In this document: in pieces, positions 14,490 to 28,261 of the stretch
Layout of the letters: each line of letters opens with the position of its first letter
Numbering within the stretch: position 1 is the first letter of the stretch
From: Octopus sinensis
Lineage: Eukaryota
Assembly: GCF_006345805.1 (NCBI RefSeq)
Contig: NC_043002.1
Coordinates: 25,234,001-25,298,000, forward strand
Direction of reading: 5' to 3'
DNA: 64,000 bases
Made by a program: the position numbers and the translations under genes
The notes under the pieces: generated by a model
Told to the model about the DNA's origin: nothing
What the model saw: the letters and a program-made list of their open reading frames with translations, nothing else
Databases searched by the model: none

Positions 14490-15209
14490 CTGGAAAGCAG
14501 CAGCAAATTTAGGGGTTACATTGTTATTCGTAATGGTTAACCACAAACAGAAACAGAGTTTCATGAAAATTGTTAAGAAAAATAACAAGTAAAATGGAAA
14601 GAGAGAAAAAATAATTTTCAATAAAAAGGTTCTGCTTCTTTTAAAACAGGAAAAACCTGGTTTATTTCTGCCTTTTCTCTGATGTTCTTTTGGAGCAGGA
14701 AAACGTGATTGAAGATTGAAATCAAACACTAGTTATAAGCAATATCTACTTTTAATTAGAAAAAAATTAAAATAAAATCACAACAAAAGTCCAAAACATA
14801 AGAGACTTACTATCAATGAAATTGCATCTTAAATGCAGAGAACTTAACATCTTAAATTAGACTAAATATTGTTTAATTTTTGATTGATAAAATACGGTAA
14901 AAACAGAGACACCACTACAACTATACTGCCTTAAATAAGTCACTTCATTGGCACCTTCACATACATTGATTTTCTTAGATTAGCTGATAAAGAATTTGGG
15001 GAATTACATAAGAAATTAAAAATATTTTGGTATTGAAATAGAGAATTCACATTAAAGAATTATAAAAATCATTTTAACAGAGAGAATATCAAATGATGTG
15101 AATTCCAAGACTAACACGAGAAAGCAATTCCTTATGAGAATCAGAGAACTTAAAATATCACATTACAATGACATGAGACCACACACACTCTTTTCGAGGG
15201 AGGGTATAA

Positions 15210-15845
15210 TCAATTAAAACAACCCCAGTATTCCACTGGTATTTATTTTATTGAGGATGAAAGGGAAACATGTAAGATTTGAACTGAAAATGTAAAAGGC
15301 CATACTGCAAGGAATTTTGTCTGACAATCTAATGCTATCCATTGTGATGGTGGTTCTACTGTAGGCACAAAGCCAGAAATTTGGGGGAGGAAGGGGTTTG
15401 TTGATTACATTGACCACAGTACTGACTAGCACTTAAGTGTATCAACCTCAGAAGAATGAAAAGCAAAACCAACTTTGCCAGAATCTTCATCTCAATACAA
15501 TCCTACCAATCCACAGCTTGGCACCCTCAAAAAGTGTTTTCTACTATAGCCCCAGGCTAGCCAATGCCTTGCGAGTGAATTTGGAAGATGGAGACTATGT
15601 GGAAATGCACAATATATGTGTGTATGTATATACATATCTATATGCGCAGGACCATGACCCTAATGCCTGACAACCAGTATTAGTTTACTACACCTCAGTA
15701 ACTTAGTGGATCAGCACAAGGGACCAACAGAATAAGAACCAGACTTAAATAAGTACTGGGGTCAATTTGCTTGACTAAACCCCTCAAGGCAGTACCCCAG
15801 CATGGTCACAATCCAATAACTGAAACAAGTAAAAGACAAAGGTAA
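15210..15845 (+). mobile_element. Short SINE-like repeats plus a second SINE family ending in ...cagcatggtcacaatccaataactgaaac
   Basis: Same core as above. The second family's tail resembles the reverse complement of 60975-61020. Confidence 0.6.
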
Positions 15846-17042
15846 AAATAAACTAAAACAATATTCCAAACATCCAAAAATTGTAATCTATTTGCAGGTA
15901 ATATTCTATTGATAGAGTAGATGACAGAAGTGGTAAAATGAATCATTCCAATTAGTTTAAAATACTACAGGGGAAAATGCTATAAAATAACATGTACATA
16001 TATATATACATATATATATATGTTCACATATTAACACACACACATATTTTTGCACGTACACACACATAGTGATTTCCCTGCAATATAACCATAAATTAAA
16101 ATAAAAATCTCTGGAGAGTGAGCTTTTCCAATACGAGCCTCATTAGTTACAAAATGAGAGTCAAAAATTAAAATAAAGTAAAAGTAAAATAGAGAAATAA
16201 ATTGTAATTAAATAAAAAAAGATCAATATTCTTAAAAATATATATATAATCAATCTAGGAGAGAATCCAAAAATTAATTTTTATTAATGCTGAAAGAAGA
16301 AATATATACACCTATATACATATTATATACATACATTCACACACACACATATATATATATATATATAACTGTGTGCACTCACTAGCAAGTTGGAAACATA
16401 CACTCATGCTTACTTGCTTTTTCCAACAGATGATTAACAATATTAAATCTGAAAAAACATTTTATATATATACCACATACATACACATACAGTCACACAC
16501 ACTGTATATACTTGAATAAAATCCATCTTTTGCAAAAGTCATATCTCTTTTTGGAATTTAAAAACCTGAAATTTTCTATGTATCACAAGCAAAAAAAAAA
16601 CAAAACAAAAAAAAAACCCAGTCAATTCTAGTATTTCCAAGTTAGCAGACCAACAGTTGTTTGTCGAGGGATTTTCCTGTATGTATATGTTCTGATAAGG
16701 AAATCAACCCCATCGCCTCCATTGTCTTTTGATGGACGAGTCACATAAATGTTAAGTGATGGATGTCTACAACTCATTAACTGAGAAGCGCTACAATTAC
16801 TATAACATCATTAGTGTGATCCAAAATATAATTTTAGCATCATTTATATAAACTAGATCATATGCATTAACCAGTACAAATCATTGTAATTCATTTTTTT
16901 CTTCTTTTGCTCATAGAAAATAGATTATTTAGAGCCATTACAAGCCCTCAAAAATTACATCCATGTAATAGTTGATCTCTGAAATTTTAGCTCAAAATTT
17001 GATCTAAAAAGCACATTGCATTTTATACAAGTATAAACAGTA

Positions 17043-17088
<46 letters not shown>

Positions 17089-17674
17089 TATATGAAATCA
17101 CACACAGAAAAAGTGATGAAGAAATGAAAAAACAAAATGAAAAGATGAAGTAATCATTTTAACTAAGAAGTCATACTAACCATGCAAAATAAACACGCAC
17201 ACATATATGTACATATATATAGCAAACAAGTAGCATACGAAACAGAGGAAACAACAAACATGTAGCTACACAGTGCATAACAGCTGAACAGTATTGAAAT
17301 GAAGATTATTTTTTTAATGAAAAATTCATTACATAAAGCTCAGGAAGAAATAATGGAAGTAGGGCAAGCTAATAATATCATTTTCTAAAACTGATCTCTG
17401 TTTAAAGGAATTACATGTAGCAGAAAAGAAAAGAATAATGAAATTTGTTAAAGGATTTGCAACATATTTCTGTGTGTGTGATTAAAGTGTTAAAACTTCA
17501 TTATCAACAACACGGTAAGGAATGAGGTGGAGATTGGACAGGGTGGATTTCACTAAACGAGCTATTTTACTCATAGGGAAAGCGCATCAAAGTGTGAGTG
17601 TGTGTATGAATGCATGTATGTATATATATATATATATATTATATATATACGTATACATACATACACACACACAG

Positions 17675-17706
<32 letters not shown>

Positions 17707-17835
17707 ACATATGCATACAGATACATATCTGTATACATATATGCATGTATATACATATATGTATATATAATATAAATAATATATAAATATATGCATATAT
17801 ACATACATATATGTACATACCTACATATATATATG

Positions 17836-18685
17836 TATATATACATGCATATATGGGTACAGGACATCAAAAAAATGTTGAAAACAATGAGAAACGAAAA
17901 CATAAAAACAAAAACAGGGGAACAAACTTTTTTTCAAACAATGAAAAAAACAAACAGAGAAAAGAATATTCTCCTTCTTCAGTTGTCCCCGTTTGATCTA
18001 CTCCACGTTTCAAAGGCAAGGACAAGACACGACTTCATTGAAACAGTCCTTCCCGCAAAGCAAATTAAATAAAATTTGGAATGCGGAGGGTGAAAATGGT
18101 AACAAGAACAGGAGAATGAGAACAAAACAGTAAAATCATACGGTATGGCTGTTAAGCCGAGACGATAGAAAAAATATTTTTGAATGCTAAGAGAATGAGC
18201 TTATGAAGGAAACAGTATAAGCACGTCTTTTCTTTATGAAGGTTGTGGGCAGAAAGACAGATTATCTTTCGTCACGTGTCAGTGACGAGTGAGTCGAGGA
18301 GGAGGGAACGGTGTAGAGGAGAGAAGAATAGGGAAGGGTGGGAGAGAAAACCAGAAAGGATGAAGAAAAAGAGAGGGAGAGAGATAGACAGAGAAGAGAT
18401 AGTAAAGGTAGAAGAGTGCGCATCATAATTATTAGGATAAAACTTACTTGGAAAAGGATGCATGGCGTTCGATCATATAATAATATAAATAATATATAAA
18501 TGTATGCATATATATATACATATATGTATATATACATGAATATATAGGTACAGGACATCAAAAATACGTTGAATACAATGAGAAATGAAAACGTAGAAAC
18601 GAACTGTTTTTCGAACAACGTAAAAAACAGAGAAACAGGATATACATCATAAAGAATATTCCCCTTCTTCAGTTGTCCCTGTTTT
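17836..18685 (+). repeat. Degenerate direct duplication (17836-17990 vs 18520-18685) of an unclassified interspersed repeat
   Basis: gtacaggacatcaaaaa...acaatgagaaa.gaaaac and aaagaatatt..ccttcttcagttgtccc each occur twice. The second copy ends at the LINE poly(A) junction. Confidence 0.7.
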
Positions 18686-18696
18686 GTTTTTTTTTT

Positions 18697-19525
18697 TGCT
18701 GTAGTTTCAGCTCAGAGCTGCAGCCATGCTGATGCACCGCTATTTTGCTACACTGTTATTACTGAGAGCCTCCTTCAATATGTTGCACTTGCTGAAGAAT
18801 GGAGTTTGATATAGCTACCCTCATTTGCACCTCTTGCCTTGATGTAGGTTCATCTGGGACTTTCGACAGGAAGAGGTCCAGCTTTGATTTAAAAATGCCT
18901 ACATCTACTTTGTGCAGGTTCCTCAGGTTGATGCAGTAACTGGTCCTGAAGCACGATGGCTTTGCTGAGATCTTTGGCACTATGCAGTGTCGTCCCATTC
19001 TGGCATTGGTGTAGCTTTCAATGCCAAAATTTGGCACAATTCCTTCCAGGATGTTCTCGACGTATATTACTGCATACCTCTCCTGCCTTCTCTCCAGGGA
19101 ATAGAGTCTTAGCTGTTTCAGCCTTTCCCAGTAGCTGAGCAGTTGCAAAGGGATGATCTTCTTTGTGAATCTTCACTGGAATGCTTCAAGGTCCGCTGTT
19201 AATTTCAGACTGTTGGGTGACCATAGCTGTGAGCAGTAATCCAGGCAGCTGAGGACAAATGTCCTCCAGAGGACCATCACGGTTTCCTTATCTCTGGTTC
19301 TGAATGTTCTTAGGATCCATCCAGCCAGTCCTCTGCACTTTGTCGCCATCCTGGTAATGTACACTTGGAATGAGGTATCATCACTCATGTCAATACCCAG
19401 GTCCCTCACTGATTTAGGCTCTGGGATTGAAATTCCCTGTGGACCAGTTTCATTTTCAGTTTTGTATGCTGGTAGCACAGGGCTTGGAATTTTTCAGCAT
19501 TAAACTGCATTTTATTATCCTCAGC
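18697..19525 (-). mobile_element. 5'-truncated CR1/L2/Jockey-group LINE, RT C-terminus and 3' end
   Basis: Translation VRDLGIDMS...ILRTFRTRD...LDYCSQLWSP...LSYWERLKQLRLYSLERRQERY, with stops and frameshifts. It ends in an A-rich tail near 18690. Confidence 0.88.
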
Positions 19526-19529
19526 TCAT

Positions 19530-20412
19530 CTGTAAATTGAGTCCAACTCCTATTGCAGATGTGCAACATCGCTGGGGTTCTGTATTTTCTGCGAGATTTT
19601 CATATTGTCTGTGTAGCTTGCCAGAGTGGCTATCCAGGTTCTTGAGGGCATATCTTATGGAAAGGATGTGTTCCGATGGTCAGACAATCCATCTGTTGTC
19701 AACACCTATTAAAAGGAGGACTGGGCATGCCGTGGTTGATGATGCACAGACGCGCGTTGAGACTGCAATATCTTGGGCTCTACGTAGACGACAGTGAACA
19801 GGTGTGGTCGCTTTCCTACAACTCGTCTCCATGACCGAACTGCAGTCGTGGATCAAAAAGAGGCCGAGGAAGGGTGAATGGCACTGTGAGTGTCGTGTTG
19901 CTCTCAAGCAACTATGCCGTCCCAGGTCGACCTTGAGTGACTTCAACACAACCAAAGCATTCTATAGGGGATTAGTGGAGGGGAGGTACGACGACGACGA
20001 GCTCAAGGCAAACCTGGACGTCGAAGAGGAATACCTGACCTGCCTGTTTGAGACGACTTTCGGGCCAGGGCCCATGGACAACTTCCAGAGATCCCTGGCC
20101 TGGCAGTGCTACCGAGAAGCGCTACCTGTTCGACATAAGCTCAACAGACACGGCTCGAGATGCAGTCAGAGCGACGAAACTGTTCTGCACGCACTCATAC
20201 AGTGTTCAACAATTTCCGACCTGTGGGCTTATGTCAAACAACTGCTGTCACGTGTGGGACGAGTCGGTTTATCAGCCGAGTCTATCATCAATATTGTCAC
20301 ACCTCTTTCTTTCAAACGGGAAGGAAGAGCTATTTTCATCATTCTTGTGGCTATGACAAAAGAATGTATCTGGTGGACGTGTCTGAAAGGATTGGAGACA
20401 AACACTTTCCTC
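19530..20412 (+). mobile_element. Tx1/L1-group LINE fragment (post-RT region and zinc knuckle)
   Basis: VRQSICCQHLLKGGLGMPW...[13 protein letters not shown]...[16 protein letters not shown], a zf-RVT-like CCHC pattern. Frameshifted and cut off by a minisatellite at 20413. Confidence 0.82.
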
Positions 20413-21060
20413 ATATATGTATACATATATATGCATACATATATATATATACATATATATGCATACATATATATATATACATATATATGCATACATATAT
20501 ATATATATACATATATATGCATACATATATATATATATACATATATATGCATACATATATATATATACATATATATGCATACATATATATATATACATAT
20601 ATATGCATACATATATATATATACATATATATGCATACATATATATATATACATATATATGCATACATATATATATACATATATATGCATACATATATAT
20701 ATACATACATATATATATACATACATACATATATATATACATACATATATATACATATATATGCATACATATATATATACATACATATATATATATACAT
20801 ATATATGCATACATATATATACATACATGTAGTATATATGTATTCATATATATACACATCTATGTATATATGTACATTTATAAAAATATAGAATATTATA
20901 AATATATGTATATGTATGTATGTATGTATATATATATATATACATCTGTATATATATATGTGTGTATATGTATGAATATATATGTGTGTATATGTATATC
21001 AATATATATATATATATATATATTGTGTGTTTATACACACACACACATATATATATAAAG
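20413..21060. repeat. TA-rich minisatellite, units of ~24-26 bp (atatatgcatacatatatatatatac)
   Basis: Directly visible tandem units. It generates the long spurious IYIY/MHTY ORFs. Confidence 0.95.
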
Positions 21061-21368
21061 ACTATGGGCTGGACAACGAGAAAGCTCAAAATGACAAATG
21101 AAACTCCATGGGTGAAATATATTCATTAACCTAATGTACAAATACAAATGTGTTACCTAATATCATCATTTAATTATAAAACCTACTCAACGTAATGACA
21201 CAGAAACATGCATATTCTTCAATCATTAATCTACAAAAGCTAGATCCAATACTCAGCCTTTCTTAGTTTGGTTTTAATATTTGGAGCTACACCTATTCAA
21301 TGATTTCTTTTTTTCAAGGTCTGTAAAAATATTTTAGACTCATACTGGATTATGCTAGCCTAACTCAC

Positions 21369-21410
21369 AGCTTCGTCTGAAGTTGAAAACCTGACCAAGA
21401 AGACCCCAGA
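21369..21410 (-). CDS. Weak candidate cassette microexon (VWGLLGQVFNFRRS)
   Basis: Donor gtgagt. The acceptor ggtcttcag gives 42 nt open in phase 1, but competing nearby AGs give non-multiples of 3. Confidence 0.3.
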
Positions 21411-24400
21411 CTGAAGACCAGTGTACCTTGAAATCAGAAAGATACATATATCTATAGATATTCAAGACATAAAAATTACACTTGTCATAACTATTTACCT
21501 ACTTCACCCATGAAGGCTTTTGCATTCTTTCTAACAAATAACCAAAAGACAGATATTCCTCCTCACACACACTGCACTGTGAAAGAATATATCCAAACAA
21601 AGGTGTGTTTTTATTTATCAGAGTCCATAAAATGTAAAATTACATAACAATAGTTCGTTCTGAAAACATGGAAATGGTTGTTAGATAACTGGTCAATTCA
21701 AGCAGGGGGAAACTTTCACTTTTAAAGAGCTGATAGTGGCCTGTTGTCTTACAGTTGTGCTTTGAAGTATTTGAAGTTTAAATAAATATGTCTGTCTATT
21801 AATCCATTTAACACTTAACACTGAAAAATGACTAAAACTGTAATCGAAGAAATTCTAAGTCTATCAGCCCAAATAATAAAAACAAATGCAATGCTAAGCT
21901 ATTAGCAGTTTTGTCTAAACACTGTTAAATTTTTCCTTTTGCTTGTAATTCAGCTGAGAGAGTTGTAATAGGTTTATATTTTACTCAACTATTTGACTGT
22001 CTAAAAAAATGTTAAGTTTGTCTACACAACCACCACCACTCCCAACTATTGTTTTTTAACATTGTATTTAGCAAAATAGCCCTTTTTGTTTTCATTTGTT
22101 TGCTTGGCTATTTTTGTGTTCTAGGAGAAAAAAATAATGAAACATTGCATTGAACATATATCAGTACAATGGAAGAAAGGATGATGATGATGGTAATGAT
22201 AATGACAATGATGGAAGTAGATTGAATTATCAATGAAGATTAATTTTTAATCCTTCTTAAAGTATAAATAGAAGTGTTTCACCATAGATGCTGATTTATT
22301 ACTTGTAGTGCAAATGAATAACAACTACAACAGCTTTTAAAAAACATGACTTTCTAAAATTATTATTCTAATAGCAGTTTGTCAGGTAAAAAAAACTATA
22401 TAAAAAATTAAATTAACTGAGTATAACACTGGTTTTGATACCAGATGCAAATGAAATTAAAACTAAGAAAAAAAAACCAAGTTTGTTTTTAAAAAGAAAA
22501 ACTGAAAGGTGCAGAAATATAAATGAATGAATTATAGACAATATTAAGCATAAAAACAAGGCAGCTGTATTTTTCTATTTTCAAATATCAGGTATAATTC
22601 TGAACGATGGCCAGCTATGGAAAAGATTATAGTCAGTGAACACCTGACCATCATATATGAACATAGTCATTAGCAAAATATAATTTCGCTTGGTAGTTTA
22701 TAGCAAGTGGAAGAACAATACTTAAAAACAACAACAATACTTAAAAACTGCAATTCTTAAGGCAGAAGAATGTCACAACCTGTACCCTTCATTTTGTTTG
22801 ACGCTTATTTTCTGATGCTTAGAAGGGTCTATCCAAACCAAAACAATAGCTATACTAACTGCCTAAAATTATAGGATGTAGTATTTGTCCCTAGAGCTTT
22901 CCCAGCTCCAAACAGAGTGGTTAATATTCATTGTCCCACCACTGGAGAAAATCTACAGATCCTCACAACAAATCCTTATTCTTGCCAATAAAAAAGGTCT
23001 ACAAGTCATTTAAATTAATAGTTATATCCTCTTAACCCTGCCTCTATTTTTCTCAGTCCATCATTAACATTGGATTTACCAAATTACCTATAACTTTATC
23101 TTCATTTTTTAATCACAAAGTCAGGAAAGAGAAAGGCATTCCAGAGACCTGGCCCAAATACTTGCAAAGAGCAAACTGTTAAAGTCATCAACAACTAAGT
23201 GATGTTAAACTGGGGAAACTGATTAAGACTACTCCCAAATAAGTCTATCACATATTAAGAGTTTATTTGAAGAACCAAATGAACATGTGGAAAACAAATA
23301 GCTTTGACCAACTGTCTTCGTTCATGCAGCCCATGACACTGTCAGTTAAATTTCAATTTTTAAATGCCCAACATCAGTTTTACTAATAGAGAACAATGTA
23401 TGACATATAGAAAGACTGTAAACATGTCCTCCTCTGATACATAAACAAATAACTTATGTGTACAAAAAATTTCTTTAAAATAGGCTGGACACTTGCAATG
23501 GTAACTAAACAAATTGTCCAGTCAGATTAGCCAGGTGGTAGAACTAATTAACAACATTGTGTGTTTTACTTAGCCACAACTACTTCTTTGATCTGAAGCA
23601 CTTGAGAAAACTATTTCCAAAACAGATTTTGCATCAGTACTCAGAGTTTAGCTTAAGTTGTACAACTAATGTTTGCAGTAATGACAGGTGGAGTACTTCT
23701 ACTCGACATTATTAGTACAACTGCATTGAGTTTATTCATCTAAGAAAAAAAAATTGTCTAAATCAGAATATCATATAGAAGTTCTCTCAGCCATCACCAA
23801 TTTCAGACATGATTACAAGATGATAAGCAGAAGGCAGTTCCCAAAGATGTCTCACCAAAAATAGGGCATCTGTAGACAATTACCCTTTATGAACTGAACT
23901 GAAACTGCACCATAACTAAACTAACTCTGGCCTACACCAGCTTCACTATTGTATTCATTATCTATAAATTTCCGTATTTTTCCTTCTCTTTTACCTATCC
24001 AACATAGGAAGCAGCAATACTACAACTAGTATCAACAATAACACCTTCTTCCACAATCTAACTGAATCACTGAAAACAATAATTTAACTTGAAGTTTATG
24101 CATATCAGCAACTAGTCCTAAAAAAAATTCATGTCTTAAGTTTCTCTCTCAGCATATTACAACTAATACTGACATACAGTCCTTGTGGGTTTTACTGATG
24201 GTAGATGCTCTCTATCCTTTCATACTCCTTGTTCAACAACTTCTCATACGGATATTTCCAAACCACTTTTATTTTTATTGCCACAGAGCTGTAAACCCAT
24301 ATCATTGTTTGTATAACTACTTAACTTCTGACAAGATGGGCAACAGTTCACTTTCTAGTAACAGCAATTAAATAGTTCCAACCATACACACATCTTGATA

Positions 24401-24932
24401 TGAATATAAAACAGACTAATACTACAGAGATGTTATTGCATACAACATAATGTACAGATATACAACATATACTATAACAGTCTCAAAAGTAATCCCTAGT
24501 TTGGATAAGGAAATCGAAAGAAAAAAGTTAATAGTTGATAATTAACCAATTGTAAACATCAATTAAGTCATTAATTGACCAGTATCCAATTTATCCTTAT
24601 TTAATCAATATCTAATTTAAATATTGACAGTACCTCATGTTTTCAGAGAAACAATTGCAACATGGGACAGTTTCAATGGGATAGGAGTTAATTGGCTCAA
24701 AGTTTCAAGCTAAGAAATAAGAGGATTACAATAATTTTCGTTCATTTATTGTTTGTAAAGGGTAAACATTTTTTAAAGGGTAAAAGGGATCAGAAAACCT
24801 AGTGTTGCAAATCCTTCACAAGATTACTACTCTGTCATGATCTGAGCAGGGAGATTCTCAAATGCGGCACATTCCAAAAGATGTATAACTGAATAGATTA
24901 CAAGGCATTTATTTTGGAAATGGCTTACTCAC

Positions 24933-24965
24933 TCGATGAAGATCCTTTGCTGCCATATCGGTTGC
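24933..24965 (-). CDS. DYNC1I: Candidate cassette microexon of dynein IC (GNRYGSKGSSS)
   Basis: Acceptor ccactttaccatctgtgtag, donor gtgagt, 33 nt, open in phase 1 and frame-preserving. No homology check was possible. Confidence 0.55.
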
Positions 24966-27776
24966 CTACACAGATGGTAAAGTGGACAGATATGAATTCC
25001 ATAAGACCAAAGAATTGGCTTTCAGACAGTACATTGTTGGAATAACAACATACAAAAAAAATCATTCATAAACAAAACAGAGAAAAAGCGCAAGAGTAAG
25101 TCTTGTGATATTTGAAAGTTCCCTGTAATAGAGAGTTTAACAAATTGAAAGCATTATAAGCAGCTGAGTATAGCAAATAGCTAAGAATTTTTTTCTCTCA
25201 AGAAAGAGAATTGTTTCTTCCAAGCTCTTTCCATATTACTTCTTTTGACCATAAGTATACCAAAAATACCCAAACTCATTATTCCAGTAAGTTTTACCAA
25301 ACTTTAAAGGTCATTCATGATGACTTTTGCAGTGCTCTCATCAAACAACATAAGTTGAACTGTAAGTCTAATTTGAAAATATTCCAAGGTCATGAAGCAC
25401 ACATAATATTAGTGATTCATTTCATTTACATAATGATGATGTAAAAATATGATTAATAGATATTGATACACCATTAAAACAATACATCTAAGAATCTCTT
25501 AACTGATAATTATTCCTCACACATCTTTTTCAAAGCAAGTTTCAGCGAATTCACATAAGACCATGTAAAAAAAAATGTTTATTATCTTATAAAAAAGAAA
25601 ATGTAAAATATAACAAAGATCATTAATGAGAAATATAGTCCAAACCTTGTGCATCGAAAACTATTGAGGTAACACTAGAAACTATGCAGAAAAATAATAG
25701 AATCTTTTAACAGCAACTACACTAAAATTCAAAACTCTCATAGCTGGAAAGCATCTTGAATTTTATGCAATACTACAAATTTCATTACGACAACTAATAA
25801 TCTACAAGTGAATATCTCTCACAAATGAACTTTACCAATAACTTGAAAACACAATTATTTTCAGTAACAGCTAAAATATTTTGGTAAACATTAAAATTAA
25901 AGTCTATTTAATAAATTATACAGAAACTGATCTAAAACACCCAAATCAGTTAACAACTTATACAACAATGTAATTTAATTGCACTTTCCAACTATCTGGA
26001 AATATTGGCTACAATACATCATAAGGACAACTATTTTATCCAATGCCAATTAAATGATGAGTAATTAATTCATCTGGAATTTTACTTTTTATTTGACACA
26101 TTGGTGTTTAATGGGATAACAACAATATTTATATCTACAATTTATAAACCAACTAGCAACTTTATGAAGATCTACTAACCAACAATCTATAAACAGAGAT
26201 TATAAATTAACCAGTGTCTCATATCCTATACAGGCTTGTTTCTTAGTAGCAAAACCAGTCCACCATATATCACAAGAGCAATGAGAGTAAGAGAATTATT
26301 CCTTAATGAGATTACCAAGAATCTGTAAATTGAACTAAGACTGAATTAGTAACAAGACTTATTTACCATTTTTGAAGACAATCCAACCTTATTTGGGTTC
26401 CTAAAAGTATAGAAACAAAAGGACCCACAATATTCCTTAGACTAGAATATAACATGAACAAGTGTATCTCAACAAATTCCCTGAACATTTTATTCATTTA
26501 CCTCCAAACCACAACTAATCGCAAGCAGAAATTAAAAGTTCTTTTGACAATTTTTGAAGGATGACAACAAAAATCAATCCATTTGATTTATTCTTTACAG
26601 AGAACAATCAGAAGCTATGGAGGTAATGTTATTTTATAGTTACAACCAGTTTAGTTTATAAAAAATACTTTTATCGTGTATTTGACCTTATTTAGGTTGC
26701 AATACTATCATCTGGAATAAAACTGAGGAATTGCAACACACACATGCACAAATGAATTTTGTGTTTTACACTGCGCAGAACAGATCAGTTTTTAAAAAAT
26801 AGAAATAAAATACTTGTATTTTTCAGGAAAGTTAAAGCGGAATTCCTAGTAGATAAATTCTGATATTTCACTCAAAGTAGAATAGATAGGAAGCACCAAT
26901 ATAAAAAGATCTTAAATCATGAACACATTTCTCTTTTGATTAATGGATCTTTATCTTTTCTTTTTTTTTTTTTCAATTTATAAAGACTGAATTAAAAAGA
27001 CAAAGGACATAAAAAGGAAAAGTTGGCTATAATAGAAATTCGTACACTAAAATAATCCTAGAGTGCATGCATGTGTATGAGAGTGTGAATGCAATATGAG
27101 TCTGAAGAAGCTATGTTCAAAAACTAAATATGATGAAATTAATATACAAAATAATGTGTAGTTAAAACAAAAAGTGTCAGAAAATAAAGTCAAAATTCTC
27201 AAGTCTTTCACAAATTTCTAACCTGCAACATAAGGAATAAGGAGATTGCCCTGAAGTTATATAAATGAAATAAGTCCTGTGAGTATGCACATACTTGCTT
27301 CGCACAGTGGTATAAACCCATGACCACAATTTAGTTATCAGGAATAAGATTGGGTTATGGACAGCAATAGAATAGGTCTATAACCAATGAAAGCACCACA
27401 TGATATTGATTTCATTGTATCTAATTAAAATAGATATACTTATTCACAAGAAAATACCATCTTGCCACGCTGTTTTGTATGTAAATTGACATAGATTTCT
27501 CAAAATATCAAATTTGAATAAATGTCAGGCTAATTAGATTTTTATTTTTCAACTTCTAGTGCAAAACAAATTAATAAGAGGGTTCAATGAAAGTTAAAAG
27601 CATCAGATCTGGGACAATAATATGTGCAATAAAATCTACAGCTAATATAGAGAAAAGAAAATCAAGCTACATATTAAAATATGAATGAATACAGACTGAA
27701 TATATATATATATATATATCATCATCATCGTTTAACGTCCGTTCTCCATGCTAGCATGGGTTGGACTAGTAATGGA

Positions 27777-27889
27777 ATGCTTACAGCACCTAGGGTTCCC
27801 AAGCGGTCACCCATCTAAGTACTAACTAGGCTCGATGTTGCTTAACTTCGGTGATCAGACGAGAACCGGTGCTTTCAACGTGATATGGC
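27777..27889 (-). pseudogene. 5S rRNA-derived copy, about 7 nt 5'-truncated
   Basis: The minus strand reads gccatatcacgttgaaagcaccggttctcgtctgatcaccgaagttaagcaacatcgagcctagttagtacttagatgggtgaccgcttgggaaccctaggtgctgtaagcatt, a recognisable invertebrate 5S with box A/box C regions. It is single copy, lacks the 5' strand of helix I and has no oligo-T terminator. Confidence 0.88.
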
Positions 27890-28261
27890 TATATATATAT
27901 ATACACACACATACTTATTCAATCACAAAACAACTTCTGTTTCTAGTAGTCAGGTGTACATAGAAATCTGTGATACATTCATCAGTTGCTTACCGTTATG
28001 CATACAACTATAGTAAAGAGACCAATGATAGGTGGAAACAGTTGAAATAGGAATACTTTCAATTCATTGTGCAAATAACATTGCTTAAATCTTTAAAATC
28101 AATATTAAAAGCACAATTTAAAATCATGATACCATAAGTTTTCAGTACAGATGACTACCAAAAAAAGAAAAAGAGAAAGCCACATATATGTGAGATTTAG
28201 CATATTCTGATAGGAAATCATAAACAAAGTCTCACAGCCTAAGCTTTGGAAATTTGAGCCC

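Noticed and set aside
20160-21129. Long ORFs of 150-340 aa rich in [12 protein letters not shown] (also at 5198-6082, 17522-18072, 41055-41544)
   Set aside because: They are translations of TA/CA microsatellites, which lack stop codons in several frames.
26601-26622. Plus-strand 22-nt exon-like segment (ttctttacag|...|gtaatg)
   Set aside because: No plus-strand gene or partner exon was found and it lies antisense within the dynein intron. A chance match cannot be excluded without stranded RNA-seq.
27777-27889. Functional 5S rRNA gene
   Set aside because: The 5' strand of helix I is missing, there is no oligo-T terminator, it is not in an array, and it is fused to a retroposon tail.
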